A stretch of 64,000 nucleotides of DNA from Eledone cirrhosa (GCA_964016885.1 OZ024744.1:29636001-29700000); one strand, 5' to 3'; shown: positions 41,530 to 59,002, numbered from the stretch's first letter. The notes: generated from the sequence alone by a model not told the origin. A program made the numbers and translations.

Positions 41530-44500
41530 ATAATGATTTCTACATTGGGCTCGAAGCCAGCAATATGTGGCAAGGGGGAAGTCGATTGAATTAACCCCAG
41601 TATTTGACTGGTACTTAATTTTATCCACCCCAGGATGAAAAGCAAAGTTGACCTCGTTGAAATTCGAAACCAGAATGCAGTGTGCCAAAGTGAAATATTG
41701 TAATGTATTTTATCCGATTCTGCCAATCTACCGTCCTAAGTCAGATGTAATAATTGGCTTAGTGGTAAGGGTGTTGGACTTACGATCATATACCCGTGGG
41801 TTCGATTCCTAGACTGGGTTATGTGTTGTGTTATGGAGCAAAACACTTCATTTCATGTTGCTTCAGTATACCTAGCAGAAAATAAGTACCAGCAATAGCC
41901 GAGGAGTTTAACCCTGCGATGGACTCGCACCCTGTACGTGTGGGGGGGGGGGGGGGATCTTGTACTCTCAGTCGCTTCACGCCACGGAAATCGGGATAAG
42001 CCCCGGCCTGACAAGCCTATGGGCTTGAGATAGACTTTAGATTTTTAGAATTTAGGTACAAGGGCAACAATTTGTTGGGAGGGAAAAACCGACCCCAGTA
42101 AATCGACTAATATTTTTATCGATCTCAGAAGCATTACCTCGGTCGAATTTGAGCTCAGAATAGAAATATTACAAAGCATATTGTTCGATCGATATTGGCA
42201 ATCCCTTAAGTCATCTGTAATAATTTTGATAAAATGTTATTTAAACGATCGGCAAGAACCCAGACTTCATTCACTTACCGAGGGGGTGGAACTCGTTAAA
42301 TTGGACCAAAGAAACAATGTTTCCATTGCTCTTCCCATTGTTGGTACTATCTAATGGTCGGAAATCCTGACAGAAAAAGCAACATGAAATAAAGAGTCTT
42401 GTTCAAGGACATAACGCGTCGTCCGGTCTGCGAATCAAACTTGAAACCTCGCGATAGCGAATTCAATTCCCTAACCACTAAGTCACGCGCTTTAACACTC
42501 GCTTCATTATGTGTAATAATGATTTCAACTTTAGGCACAATGCCAGTAATTTGAAGGGGAGGGGGAAAGTCGATTAAATCGACCTCAGTGCATTACTGGT
42601 GCTTTATTTCATCAACCACGGAAGGATAAAAGGCAACGTTAACCTCGACAGGATTTGAACTCAGACCGTAAAGGACTGTAACTCTATGCTGCAAAGCATG
42701 GCGTCCGACCCTCTACCGATGCTGGCAATCCACCGCCTTTTTATTATGTGTAATAATGGTTTCTTATATAGGCACAAGGCCAGCAATTTTGAGGGGAGGG
42801 AAAAGTCGATAAAATCGACCCAGTGCGTGACTGGTACTTTATTTTATCGACCCCTTAAGTATGAAAGGCAAAGTTAACCTCGGCGGGATTTGAACTGAGA
42901 TCATAAAGAGCCGTAACTCTATACTGCAAAGCATGGTGTCCGACCCTCTACCGATACTGCCAATCCACCGCCCTTTTATTATGTGTAATAATAAAAGCTT
43001 ACCAACTGTCAACTAAGTTGTGCTGACATATGTCCTCACGAGTTCCTTCGGATTCTAGATTTCACCGAATATATTTGTTGTATTTCTAACAGAGAAATTG
43101 GTAGCTGTGGTAATGCCTGAATCTAAACTGAATAAAAATAATTCCTCGTACTCTCCGTCTCGACCAGTTTGACTATATCGTGAATAACAAAATATGTGTG
43201 AAAGTAATATGCCGTCGTTCCGATTCCTGAAAAGATTCAGGAAGCTCGGTTACATTGGTATAATGGATCATGGCTGGCTGCGTAAGTATGTAGCGAAAGA
43301 AATGTTCCATCGTTTCCTCTCACTGACATGGCCATTCTTATGAAAGAGAACGCAGAGGGAGGTCATCGACCTTTGAGCAAAAAATAACCAGCGTTCGATA
43401 AATAGGCTGTCATGGAACGAGGACAGAGAGAGAATTTTTAACTTTTAATTTCTATGGTGATAGTAATGACGGACGATAGCCTGCCACCTTCTATTTCAGT
43501 ATAACACATAAAACAAAGTATCTTCAACAAAACTTCAACAACACGGTATTCATTTACGAATGTTTACATACAACATTATACTTTTATGATTAGTAGTAAT
43601 CATATTCCTTTTCTAACTGAAGTGAAGTAAATTTTATATCTAACCGACATTAACTATTCTGTCCTGTATTTTAAACAACAACTACTAAATTCACTTCATT
43701 TCAAGTATATGCTGGAAACTTTTCTGTGTATCTTTATCTCAAGTCTTTATTTCAGACTTTATTTCACCAGTGAATCACGCTCGAATCGACGAAATAAAGA
43801 TGGGATGGTCACAGTTGGAACATCTTAGGTCGGTTTGTATAATTAAATGTGTTTCAGCAACATATACACCATCGCTACCCTCAATTATACAATCTTGGAC
43901 AGAATGAGAGAACGTTCTGTCTGTCGCTCCCCTCCACCTGAGGGCAAACATCAATAATAACAACATTATTGATGGATCTAAGGACAGTGGATTGGTAGAA
44001 TTGGTAGAGCGTCAGATAAAATGTTATTACTGTAATCTGTTCTGGTTCCTTACATTTTGAATTCAAATCCCACCGTGATCAATGTTGTCTTTCATCCTTC
44101 TGGGGTCGACAAAATATTGTGTCAGTCATGTACCGGGGGTTGATTTAATAAGACAAACAAAATGTCTGGGTTTGTGCCTAAATTAGAAATCAAGGTGGTG
44201 GAATAACTGAATCGATAGAGCGTCAGACGACATACTTTGCGGTATATAATTACAACTTTCTAGGTTCTGAGTTCAAATCCCATCGAGGTCAGTTTTACAT
44301 TTCATTCTGTCGGGGGTCGTTTAAAATAAGTTGAAACAAGGAGCCGCATTAATAAAATGGCTAAAAATAATGACTATGTCTTGAAGACAAAACAAAAAAA
44401 TAAATAAATAAAACTATATTATTGTTGAGTATTATTTTCCTGACCTCATCAGCGAAGTATACAGCATTCACTGCACTTGTTGAATAGTGAAGAGAGAATC

Positions 44501-45115
44501 ACTTTGAAAAACAATAGTCAAGTGTTCACATGTTAGTTTAGCCTTTCATCCTTACGGGGTCGATAAAATAAAGTACCAGTAATACACTGGGATTAATTTA
44601 ATCGACTTTCTCCTCCCACAAAATGGTTGGTCTTGAGCCTAAATCAGAACCTATTATTATTTAGTTAGAGGAGAACAAAACAAAAATATGAATAAATAAT
44701 TTGGCAAGTAGGCAAGCTTAATATAAGCTGCTTCTACGCAGGTTTTTTACTGTGAAAAATAATCTAACAAGGTACAAGTGACGGAATAAGTGTTAGCTTT
44801 GCCTGTACCAGTTAAATACTGAGGTCGATATAATCGGCTTTCTCTTAAATTGATGGAGCTAACGATACAATTACTATACGGTCCCTCGATCTGCTAAAAC
44901 CACAGCCAAATCTCTCTTAAATTACGCCCTAATGGATAATGAGGTCCCGGGTGCCCTGCACATAGGAAAAACGTCATGATTGGGATGTCATTGACCATTG
45001 ATGATGTTTGGCCCTGGGATAAACAACAACAACAGTAATTGCTTCTAATTTAGGCACAATTTTGGAGGGGAGGGGTAATTTGATTGAATCGACACTAGTA
45101 CTTAACTGGTACATT
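41530..45115. mobile_element. SINE-rich region (about 10 copies/fragments)
   Basis: Copies at 41530-41735 (-), 41755-42040 (+), 42360-42495 (-), 42515-42990 (tandem pair, -), 43985-44330 (+, two), 44535-44660 (+) and 45035-45115 (-). Confidence 0.8.
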
Positions 45116-45134
45116 ATAGTAGTGATCACTGAAG

Positions 45135-45925
45135 GATCATCACCATCACCATCACCATCACCACCTTCTTCTTCTTCGCCCACACCATCGCCACCACCAA
45201 AATAATAACAATAACAATAGCAACAACAACAACACCATCAACAATAATAATAACACCACTGCCACTGCCAACAACAATAATAACAACAGCAACATCAACA
45301 CCATCACCACCACCATCATCAACAACAACAATAATAATAACAACAGGAACAGCCTCAATAATAACAATAACACCACAACCAACAACAACAACACCACCAA
45401 CACCACCACCACTAACAACACCACCAACACCAACACCACCAACACCAACACCACCACCACCAACAACACCAACACCACCACCAACAACAACACCACCACC
45501 ACCAACAACAACACCACCACCACCAACAACACCACCACTACCACCATCAACAACACCACCACCACCAACAACACCAACAACACCACCACCAACAACACCA
45601 ACAACAACACCACCACCACCAACAACAACGACAACAACAGCACCACCACCACCACCACCAACATCAACAACAACAACAACAACAACAACAACACCACCAC
45701 CACCACCATCAACAACAGCAACAACACCACCCCCACCACCAAAATCAACAACAACAACACCACCACCAGCACCATCAACAACAACAACATCACCACCACC
45801 AGCACCATCAACAACAACAACACCACCACCATCAACAATAACAACATCACCACCACCACCATCAACAACAACAACAACACCACCACCACCATCAACAACA
45901 ACAACAACAGCAACAACAATAACAA
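45135..45925. repeat. Mixed (AAC)/(ACC)/(AAT) trinucleotide repeat
   Basis: Direct inspection; explains the poly-L/V ORF. Confidence 0.95.
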
Positions 45926-48310
45926 AAAAGGATTCCTCTAAGCTGTCTCTTTATCTGGTATAAACATCCCGTCATTTTTTTATACCAAATCGATAGAAAC
46001 CACACCTGGTCCCATCATACAAAACTTTATTTTAAACTCCTTATATTTATGTATGAATTTTATTAAAAACACCTTTGTTAAGCAATGCTCCAGACACCAA
46101 GTTATCACAACAAAAACCTTGATTGTATTCAAAATTATCTGTGTTTATGTCTTGTAACTTAACGGTTCGACAAAAAGAGATCAATAAAATACATACCAGA
46201 CTTGAAAAATTGAAAAAAAAAAAGTACTGAAGTCAATATGAGCGATTAAAATTGGAAACGCTACCCCAGTATGGCCGCAATCAACTGAAAACAGTAAAAT
46301 AATTGAATGTTCCCTGTGTTTACTGTCTATTTCACGTAGCTTATCGATCTTTATTTTTCGAACATATTTTATCGATCTCGATCTTTGTTCGAAAAATAAA
46401 GATCGATAAAATATGTATTTGAGTCTAAACGTGTCAAGTAAAAACCCTTCAAGACATGATCCAGCATGACCTCAGTCTAATGACTGAAACGACATTGGCA
46501 AGGCACTCATCTGGGACGCGACATACATCAACACTTTTTTCGGTGGAAACCTGGTACATTCGTTGCCCGACAAGCTGAAGATTGCAAACTGTTGAAGTAT
46601 CGAATGTATTCCAATAGGTTTCTCGTTGAGCCTATAGCAATGGGGACTACTAGCGTCCTTGCTCCCAGAAGCACACCTCCTTACTCACTGCTATCGGGGT
46701 GGAGTTGACCACTCGCAGGAGCGATCTTCATGACACCAACTTGCTTCCAGCCAAACATATAGTGGTAGAGATTCCTGGTGTTCTGGGACTCGAGCCACCT
46801 CTCTACTCTCAGCTGTCAAGATAGAGTCAGCCACATAAAAGAGTGGGCCGCCTCACCAATTGGAATGACTATTTCAACGCGTTACCCACGCTACCATCCG
46901 GGACAACACTTTTTTTCTATTCTGTCTTTCGCTGGGGGCCATGAGGCAGCATACATCTGGGGTTCTGCACGCCAGAGAGCGTTTTCGCACACTGTCCAGT
47001 CATATATATAATTGAGGCAGCGATGGCATAGGTTGCTGATATATATATAATATACAAGTTATTTGTTAAATGATAAGCCACATTTCATTATTAATTTTGT
47101 TATTTTTATAACATTGCTTTTTTAATCGAAACTTGAGCCAAAACAGACCTAGATCTTACAACAACAAACCAGTAAAAGGGAGTGTCTATTGTTAGAAATA
47201 TGGTAATGAAAGTATTGAAAATAAGGAAGGACACATTAAACAATGCAGTCGTATATACACACACTGGGTGTATATAAGATGGGATGGTAAAGGCTGGGAA
47301 ATCTTAGGTCATAGATCGCCTGGATCACAACTGACCTGCTCTTAAACAATAGCAACAACAATGACACCGACCTTAGATACGAAAATATATAAAATTGTAT
47401 TTGAATAGACACACACACACGCACACGCACACGCACGCACACACACACACACACACACACAAATAACTCACATAAACAATTTGCACACACATATACAGTC
47501 GCAAAAACTCACACACACACACACATATATATGGAGTCAAAGTGAGAAAACAGGCATTGTATAGCAAGCAATACAAAGGTATTATATAGGTAATACATAA
47601 ACTCTTAAGGCAAGATCTTCTTCGCCTACTTATTCCTCAAACTTTCTTTCCAGGGGGTCCTGTCTGAAGCAACCGTCTCCAATTGATCTGACTGGATCCA
47701 ACCATCTTGCTCGGGGTCTACTCCCGGGTCTTTGCTTTTACACGTAAAATCTGTCCACCGATTCTTTCCTGAGTCATTCTAACCACAAACCCGTAATATC
47801 GGAGCTATGATTTCTCAGATCAGAGAAGTAGTGGCTCAACTGGAGTAGCTCTGATCTCTGAGCTACGCACCCTATCAAATAACATTACTCCAAAGACCCT
47901 TCGAGGAACTTCATTTCAACCACTTGTATTCGTGTTCCAATTCTTTCGATCATTACCCAAGATTTATGATGTTATTTTACTGATTTAGAAGTTTTTTTTT
48001 ATTGTATACTCTATTGTAATCTATTTTATTAATTAAGCAGTTTGGTTTCTGATTTAGGCACATGGCCAACAATTTTGTGGGAGAGGAAAGTCGATTATAT
48101 CTACGCTAGTACAAGAAGAACTCCGTGTCTCTTCAACAAATTTGGAGGTTCAAAATTATTCATAATCAATTATTCTGAAAATAAATAATAGAAATATAGT
48201 CACTGTTTTTATGAAGACAAGAGTGACAACGGAAGTAAAAAAAATATGCATAAAATTAGCAGTTGAAAATTGCGAACAAATATCGTCCGCACGCTGTATA
48301 TATATATTTT

Positions 48311-48350
48311 CCGAGGTGAGGATCCGCTAAGGTGAAACAATCGTTCTCGG
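48311..48350 (+). ncRNA. Degenerate minimal hammerhead motif
   Basis: CCGAG-GTGAGGA-tCC gctaa GGt-GAAA-CAATCG-TT-CTCGG; 5-bp stem I, C3 replaced by G. Confidence 0.55.
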
Positions 48351-48492
48351 TATGGTGAACTAACTGTTGTGTAACCACTTCTACCTAACTCGTCCCTTGG
48401 ACTGAGTACTCTACCACTACGGATATTACCTTCCAGTGTTCTACCACTATATATATATGTACAAAATACTGTCTCTCTCTAACGATATATAG

Positions 48493-48623
<131 letters not shown>

Positions 48624-48635
48624 TATATATATATA

Positions 48636-48893
48636 ATACGATATATTAACAAATGAAAACTATATTTATAAAACCATATTTATTTCATTATACATATTTC
48701 AAGGTCACCAAGATAAATTATGGTGTGCTTTCATCAGATAAAATATAATATAGACCAGTTTTATAAATAAATATTGACATACCCTTAAAGAATGCAACCA
48801 TTACTATTGGAAGCTCCCGGTGTCCTTGAAATATGTATAATGAAATAAATATGGTTTTATAAATATAGTTTCCATTTGTTAATATATCGTATT
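48636..48893. repeat. Tail-out palindrome; left arm has an intact HHR core (48681-48745, -)
   Basis: Arms 48636-48704 / 48824-48893; same family as 8995 and 40440. Confidence 0.75.
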
Positions 48894-48988
48894 TTTACTC
48901 CAATAATTTGTTGAGTGCTTTATATCAGTTATAAAAATATTTGCTTGTTGTATCCCAACAATTTAAATAGAACTTCTACACACACATA

Positions 48989-49020
<32 letters not shown>

Positions 49021-49064
49021 AATATAAATATATATACATATATGTATATATATATATATATACA

Positions 49065-49149
<85 letters not shown>

Positions 49150-49157
<8 letters not shown>

Positions 49158-50365
49158 GTTAAAAATGTGCATCCACATATGTATACTGAAATACTAGTAT
49201 GCATATGAATACACACACGTATACATATGTAGATGTACCAAGTTTTTCACTGGTCACTTTACCGTGAGTGTCCAGCTATTCTGTATGTAAACACACAGAC
49301 AAACCGGTTTTTAGAGTCATACTGGTTTTTGAGGAAACACCTTTCCTCTATTCTCCAGAAAGCCAGACAAGGAGTATTGAACTAGTTTCGTTGTTGTTAC
49401 AACTCATCAGCAATATTTACCTATCTACCGGCCTTTCTGGAGAATCGTAAAAGCACATATCGTTATATGCTTTTTCTATGAAAATTAGTAGTGGGAAGAC
49501 TAATTTGCATAGAGTGTGAGTACGTACCGGTTCAACGGAGTCGATAAAAACAAATAACGAAACGAAATTAAATTTCGTTTCGTTTGTAACTCACTTTTGT
49601 ATGACTGACGCTTAAACAATTAAGTTAAAAATGTACATCCACATATGTATACTGAAATACTAGTATGCATAGGAATACAGACACGTATACATATGTAGAT
49701 GTACCAAGTTTTTCACTGGTCACTTTACCGTGAGTGTCCAGCTATTCTGTATGTAAACACACAGACAAACCGGTTTTTAGAGTCATACTGGTTTTTGAGG
49801 AAGCACCTTTCCTCTATTCTCCAGAAAGCCAGACAAGGAATATTGAACTAGTTTCGTTGTTGTTACAACTCATCAGCAATATTTACCTATCTACCGGCCT
49901 TTCTGGAGAATCGTAAAAGCACATATCGTTATATGCTTTTTCTATGAAAATTAGTAGTGGGAAGACTAATTTGCATAGAGTGTGAGTACGTACCGGTTCA
50001 ACGGAGACGATAAAAACAAATAACGAAACGAAATTAAATTTCGTTTCGTTTGTAACTCACTTTTGTATGACTGACGCTTAAACAATTAAGTTAAAAATGT
50101 ACATCCACATATGTATACTGAAATACTAGTATGCATATGAATACACACACGTATACATATGTAGATGTACCAAGTTTTTCACTGGTCACTTTACCGTGAG
50201 TGTCCAGCTATTCTGTATGTAAACACACAGACATTCATATGCATACTAGTATTTCAGTATACATATGTGGATGTACATTTTTAACTTAATTGTTTAAGCG
50301 TCAGTCATACAAAAGTGAGTTACAAACGAAACGAAATTTAATTTCGTTTCGTTATTTGTTTTTAT
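49150..50365 (-). mobile_element. Retrozyme-like tandem array 1 (466-bp unit, ~2.3 units + inverted piece)
   Basis: Units start at ~49153, 49619 and 50085; HHRs at 49373-49417 and 49839-49883; inversion at ~50233; flanked by (TA)n. Confidence 0.88.
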
Positions 50366-50382
50366 ATATATATACATATATG

Positions 50383-50412
<30 letters not shown>

Positions 50413-50414
<2 letters not shown>

Positions 50415-51122
50415 ATGTATAAAAATCAATACAATATAATTACCTCATTACCAGAGGTTTCCCGAATGAGGCGAATACGAAAGAAACGTCTTCATTCGTT
50501 CGTCAGACGAGGCAATATAAAAAACATGGGTAAATACTTGGAAAGTCTCGTCAAGAAAATCAAAAAAAAGATATAGACAAATGAATTAGAATATGAAATA
50601 TATAATAATCTTTCAAGAAATATAGTTAGGTGTGTGTATATGTATGTATATACGCTCACAGATGTGCATATATGTGTATGCACATATGTATACGTATAGT
50701 GAAAAAGTGTGCGTAAATATAAAATTTAGGGCAAATGTATCTGTATGTCTGTAATCTACAGACAGAATAGATACATCATAAGAATATGAAGGCACGCGCA
50801 TAAACACACCTACACACACATACACTTAGATGCGGAAGTAAAAGAGGTAAGGGAGTGTAATAATTAAAGGAAAGTATCAATCTCGATATATTTATAAAAA
50901 TGGAACAATAATTTAGAAAGAAAAAATTTAGAAAGAAAAAATTAAACAAAAGAAGACAAAAAAGGGTTCATACATACACAGACACGCATATTGACCTGTT
51001 TGCATGCACACACATAAAAATGAGTAAGTAAAAAAGGTGGGGGGGGGGGGGGGAGAAGAAAAAAGGAACAAAACATAAAACCTAGATGTCAAAACACGGA
51101 TATAAAGACACATACACATACG

Positions 51123-51172
<50 letters not shown>

Positions 51173-51265
51173 CACGCACGCGCGTGCACGTACGTAGTCG
51201 CTCATGTAGATATATAGAAAGTATACACACATTAAGGCGTTCAGCCATATTGATACAGGGTGTAA
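50413..51265 (-). mobile_element. Non-coding PLE-end-like element with hammerhead (50443-50512); duplicated at 62714-64000
   Basis: CCTCGT-CTGACGA-aCGAATGA...TCATTCGg-GAAACC tct GGT-A-ATGAGG; near-identical copy with HHR at 62744-62813. Confidence 0.8.
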
Positions 51266-51297
51266 AATATATATATATATATATATACATATATGTT

Positions 51298-51329
<32 letters not shown>

Positions 51330-51341
51330 TATAAACATATA

Positions 51342-51459
<118 letters not shown>

Positions 51460-52748
51460 GGTAAATATGATTAGTTGTCTGTCAGAAATAGAAAAATCAT
51501 TTACAAAACTACGCTGGAGCATCAAAAACAAAAGCAACAATATACGCACACACATATACAACACACATCCCAACAACAACAGACACACAGACACAAACAA
51601 CAATAACAACAACACACACATCAACAACAACAACAATAACAACATACCCAGAAACAACAACAACAGACACGCAGACACAAACAACAATAACAACCCACAA
51701 AACAACGATAACACACACGGAGACAACAACAACACACATCAACAACAGCACACATCAACAACAACAACACACACGCATTCAATGCCTCTCACCACCACCA
51801 CAATCTTAACAAACACACAGACACAGAAAACAAGTAATGACAGTAGCACAGAAATCACAGAAATAAGGGAAAGTAATAGGATTAAAAGGAGAAGGGAGAC
51901 TAAGGACAAAGAGAATAACCAAGACGAACACACAGACACACAAAATAGGGTAGATAACAACATTGAGCCAGTGGAAAGAGACAGGAGTAATTATGAGAGA
52001 CATAGAAACAACCATGAGGCTGTTGGTGGAAATAGAAATAGAAACAACACAACTAGCAATAACAATAGCACTAGTACACATAAAGCAGCAGCCTGGACCT
52101 CTCCGTTTTATAATCCCTCCGATAAATCATTCGACCTGCGACGAGTCCACGCCACGACTTTACCATTTAACAAACGCACGCAGTTGCCGTCGCAGGTCGA
52201 TGAACAAACAGAAGCACAATTTAGTATAGCTAGATCCGAACTTAGAAATATTATAGAACAGTATAGCAAGAAGCATAATAGAATAGAGGCCCAGCAACTG
52301 GGAGAAAAATCTGCAAATGGCTTGCGTAAGCTCATGCAGCGCTCACTTAATGGAGAGATAGCATGCTTTCCAACAGACAAGTCTGGCAGAATGTCGGTTG
52401 ACAGCCTGCCAAACTACATCCAGGCAATGCAACCCCACATCACTAACACAAGAGAGGTAACACCACAGGAGCATGAGGATAGAGAAAAAGCCCTCAATGC
52501 CCATATGGTGATGTGGACGAATATAATGCAGCCCAACAAAAGGACTGCCAACAACTTCCAGGCCTGGAACAATGACGTGCCGGAGTTGTATGGGCTTCGA
52601 AAAGACCATAAAACGGGCTGTGACCCTGTCGCGGGACCACCAACACGGCCAGTCTGTGGAGCTAACATTGCTAGTAACTACAGACTGTCCTACTTCCTCT
52701 CCCTGATCACATGCCCCATCATTGAGATGTCCCCAGATGTATGTGACA

Positions 52749-52948
52749 NNNNNNNNNNNNNNNNNNNNNNNNNNNNNNNNNNNNNNNNNNNNNNNNNNNN
52801 NNNNNNNNNNNNNNNNNNNNNNNNNNNNNNNNNNNNNNNNNNNNNNNNNNNNNNNNNNNNNNNNNNNNNNNNNNNNNNNNNNNNNNNNNNNNNNNNNNNN
52901 NNNNNNNNNNNNNNNNNNNNNNNNNNNNNNNNNNNNNNNNNNNNNNNN
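52749..52948. other. Assembly gap (200 N)
   Basis: Run of N. Confidence 1.
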
Positions 52949-54808
52949 TGTCCCTCTATCCATCTATTGACGTGGATTTTGCTGTGGAGAAATGCGTAGA
53001 AATGATCAGCGAGAGCAAGGTTGAGTTCCGTGGGATTGATACCAGTGAGCTGGGACTTCTACTTAAGCTTACCCATAGTAATAGATTACCTAGACACATA
53101 TGACCTTAGCAACCTGTGCCCTACAAGACCAGCAAGAGGCAGACCACCTACCCATTACCTCAATGGCAAGAAAACCCACACAGATAGATGGAACGGGTGG
53201 ACCAGAGCCATACGGACACCCGAAAACCACGATGAACTGAAGAAAATGATTGCACATGCTGTAGGGGCCAGCATAAAATTAACCCTTAAGGAATATATGT
53301 TCAAATTTAATGGAAAAACATATGCCCAAGAGGAAGGAGCAGCCATTGGTGTTAGCATTGCAGGCGACATAGCTAACTTATTCATGGTATGGTGGGACAG
53401 TAGACTAAAAACTTAACTTAATAGAGAACATTTAGAAGACAGCTTAACCCTGAAAATGTACTCCCGCTACGTAGATGATATAAACATCGTAGTTAAGACA
53501 CCCCACTAGAGAACAGTCAGGAACTAGAGAAAAACACAATGGAAAGCATCCAGCAAATAGAAAACTCCATCCACCAGAGCATTAGAGTTTACTATAGACT
53601 ACCCAAGTAGACACCCAACCATCGATTACCTGTACTAGACACAGAGCTCTGGTTAGATACCATTAACAACCAAAAACAAATCCTCCATTCCCATTATGCC
53701 AAAACCATGACTTCCAACATCTGATCCACCCGAAACTCGGCCATTCGGACCATACCAAAATCAACATACTGATTGCGGATTTGGTACGGGTGATGAGAAA
53801 TGTGTCCCGCATGTGCAACCCCGAAGAACTAAAGAGACACATACAACACTTCATCCACCGTATGCAGTTCTCTGGCTACAATCAGAGAGATAGAATCAGA
53901 GTGTATAGAGGAGCCAGAACCAAATGGGAAAAAATGGTAAGTAATGACATAAATGGGACCTGCCCCTTGTATAGGAGCAAATTTTGGAATAGAGTAGAAA
54001 GAACTAGGAACAAGGCCAATAGAATAAACTCATGGTATGATAGCAATAAATACCAGAGTGTAATGTTCATCGATACAACCCCTAGAGGCGAACTAGCCTA
54101 CAAATTTAGAAGGGCCCTAAATAAACATAAACTCAATATTAAGATAGTAGAAAGACCAGGTACCTCCGTAAAAACACTTATTAGCAAGACATACCCGTTT
54201 CAAAGACCCTCATGTAGAGATAAGAAATGTATAACCTGTAAAATAAGCCCCCATATTAACTGTAAAACTAGAAATGTAGTGTATAGCATAAGATGTACTG
54301 AAGGACAATGTAGAAACAAAAATATAGTGTACATAGGTGAGACAGCTCGTAGTATAGGGGAACGGATAAATGAACACTGGCGAGACCTTCAAGATAATAA
54401 AGAATCATCTGTACTCTACCAACATGCTAAGATAGAACACAAGGGTAAATTAGAGAACATAGAAATAAAAATAGAATCTACACACAGAAAAGATGCAATG
54501 TTTAGACAAATTACAGAGGCAATAAACATAAAAGAATTACAACCAAAATTAAATAGAAAATATGAGTGGAACAGCAACATCACAACTTACAATTAAGGAC
54601 AAAATGAAAACACACACACACATAGAACAAACAACCAACCAATAACATGTAAATAAATAAATAAATAAACAAATAGATAAATGAACACAAACACACACAG
54701 ACACCCGGATGTGGCGCATGCGCAAACTGAGCACACAACACACACACAGAAACAAAATGGCGTAGGACAGAAGAAAGGAAAGGCACAGAAACAAAGAAAG
54801 GAATCCCC

Positions 54809-54855
54809 AGTCACTGAAGAGGTCACAGAGTGTGTGTGACGAAAGGAATATGACT
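54809..54855 (+). ncRNA. Hammerhead motif in 3' UTR of PLE 2
   Basis: AGTCA-CTGAAGA-g-GTCACA gagtgtg TGTGAC-GAAA-ggaa-TA-TGACT. Confidence 0.75.
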
Positions 54856-55013
54856 ATATATAAACAACTATCTGGTTGTGGAACCAACCAACCAACCAGA
54901 AATTTATAGATTTGTAGATTTGTAAATTCATAAATTTATAAATATATAATAAATTGAAGTGAAAGCAACTGGTGCGTGTGTTTCTTATTGGCAACATGAC
55001 CCTCCCAAAGTAT

Positions 55014-55189
<176 letters not shown>

Positions 55190-55242
55190 ATATATATATA
55201 TGTATATATATATATGTATATATATATGTATATATATATATG

Positions 55243-55273
<31 letters not shown>

Positions 55274-55306
55274 GTATATATATATATGTATATATATATG
55301 TATATA

Positions 55307-55517
<211 letters not shown>

Positions 55518-56692
55518 AGATTTATAAATTTGTATAAATTTGTATAAATATATATATAAATGTGTAGATTTGTAAATTTATAAATTTATAAATATATAAT
55601 AAATTGAAGTGAAAGCAACTGGTGCGTGTGTTTCTTATTGGCAACATGACCCTCCCAAAGTATAACAGTATCGGTTTCAACACACGATTTCAGATAAAGA
55701 ATCTTGCTAAACAAATTCACCTTCTCGTACGTATATTCGACTGTTATAGCGTATAATTTTTACATATCCTCGTATTTAGGGTTTGGCTATGTGTATACGG
55801 GAGTTTTGCGTCCGCGTGAGTGTGCAGGTTCGTACGTATGGTGGGTGTGTGTGTATGTGTACTTCTTGTTTTAGTTGACGTACGTCTCCGAACATTCGCG
55901 TATTTATATGTAGGTATGCGTGTGCGCTTCTTATATACGTATTTATTTACTTATATACGTTTATATAATTATTTATTTATTTGTACACAAGCATACACAC
56001 ACACACACATATTTATATGTGCGTGGTTTTGTATACCCATGGTAAGGTTTTGCGTATGCTTGTGTATGTACGTATCTGTTTCCGTGTATGTATTTATTTG
56101 TTTCTATTACTTCTGTATTGTATTTATTTTCTTTGTTCTTAACTCTGTAGCGGAGATTCATTTGGTCTCCTAGTTAGAATTTTAGTCTACGATTTCTGCT
56201 ATACCATTTACGTGGTTTTGTCTTTGAGTGCTATTGTTCTCCACGCTCCACATATGACTTATTATCTTCGTTTTTTCGTTCATCGCCAGAGAACGTCTCT
56301 ATGCACCACCTAAGAGAACATTAGTCTACGACCTCTTTTATACCATTAACGTGGTTTTGTCTTTGCGCGTAATTATTTTTCACCGCTCCTATTAATGACG
56401 TATTATTCGTTTTTTCCCGTTCTTTGCCAGCGAACGTTACCACGAACCAAAGTATCGTCTTCCTGTCTTCCTCCGGTTGCAACGTTTTTTGAAATATCCA
56501 GTTCTGCGTTTACAGATTGACTTTGTTAGTGTCAGAAGATCCCGTTAAGGGTGAAAGCAGCGATTCTTTGCTTAAACTTTAATCTGTTATTTTAATAAAT
56601 ATTTGGTCTACGGTTCTTATATATTTGATATATATTTTCCATATCGAACCCTCTTTGGATTTTAGTCTTAAATTTTATTATTATTACTATAC

Positions 56693-58683
<1,991 letters not shown>

Positions 58684-58694
58684 CATATATATAT

Positions 58695-58998
58695 TGGAAA
58701 GTGAGGTTTTTTTACAAAATGAAAAATAACCGAGGTGTCCTACACGAGTGAAAGTATAAAGAAAAAGAGATGAAATCGAAAATGCAACTGAAGTCTTATT
58801 TTTTTTAAAAATATATATATGTATTTGGTTCCTTTAACGGTTTCGCAGTTCTTCTGCTTTTCAAAAGGTGAGTTGAGATGGAGGGTCTGTGGTTTTTCTC
58901 TGTGGTTTTTCTCAGTGAGAAAAACCACACACCCTCCATCTCAACTCACCTTTTGAAAAGCAGAAGAACTGCGAAACCGGTAAAGGAACCAAATAAAT
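58695..58998. repeat. Tail-out palindrome with two U3:A8 hammerheads (58831-58868 -, 58949-58986 +)
   Basis: Inverted arms around 58900-58915; CCTT-TTGAAAA-GCAG aagaa CTGC-GAAA-CCGG-TA-AAGG. Confidence 0.8.
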
Positions 58999-59002
58999 AT
59001 AC

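Noticed and set aside
43003-43085. Apparent minus-strand exon (tttctctgttag ... gtaagc)
   Set aside because: Stops in all three frames and no partner exons; at most a non-coding exon.
45158-45925. 255-aa poly-Leu/Val 'membrane protein'
   Set aside because: Reverse strand of an (AAC/ACC)n repeat.
49150-50365. CRISPR-like or coding tandem repeat (repeated 60-aa ORFs)
   Set aside because: Whole units repeat with no unique spacers and no cas genes; the ORFs are antisense to the HHR strand and have no recognisable motifs.
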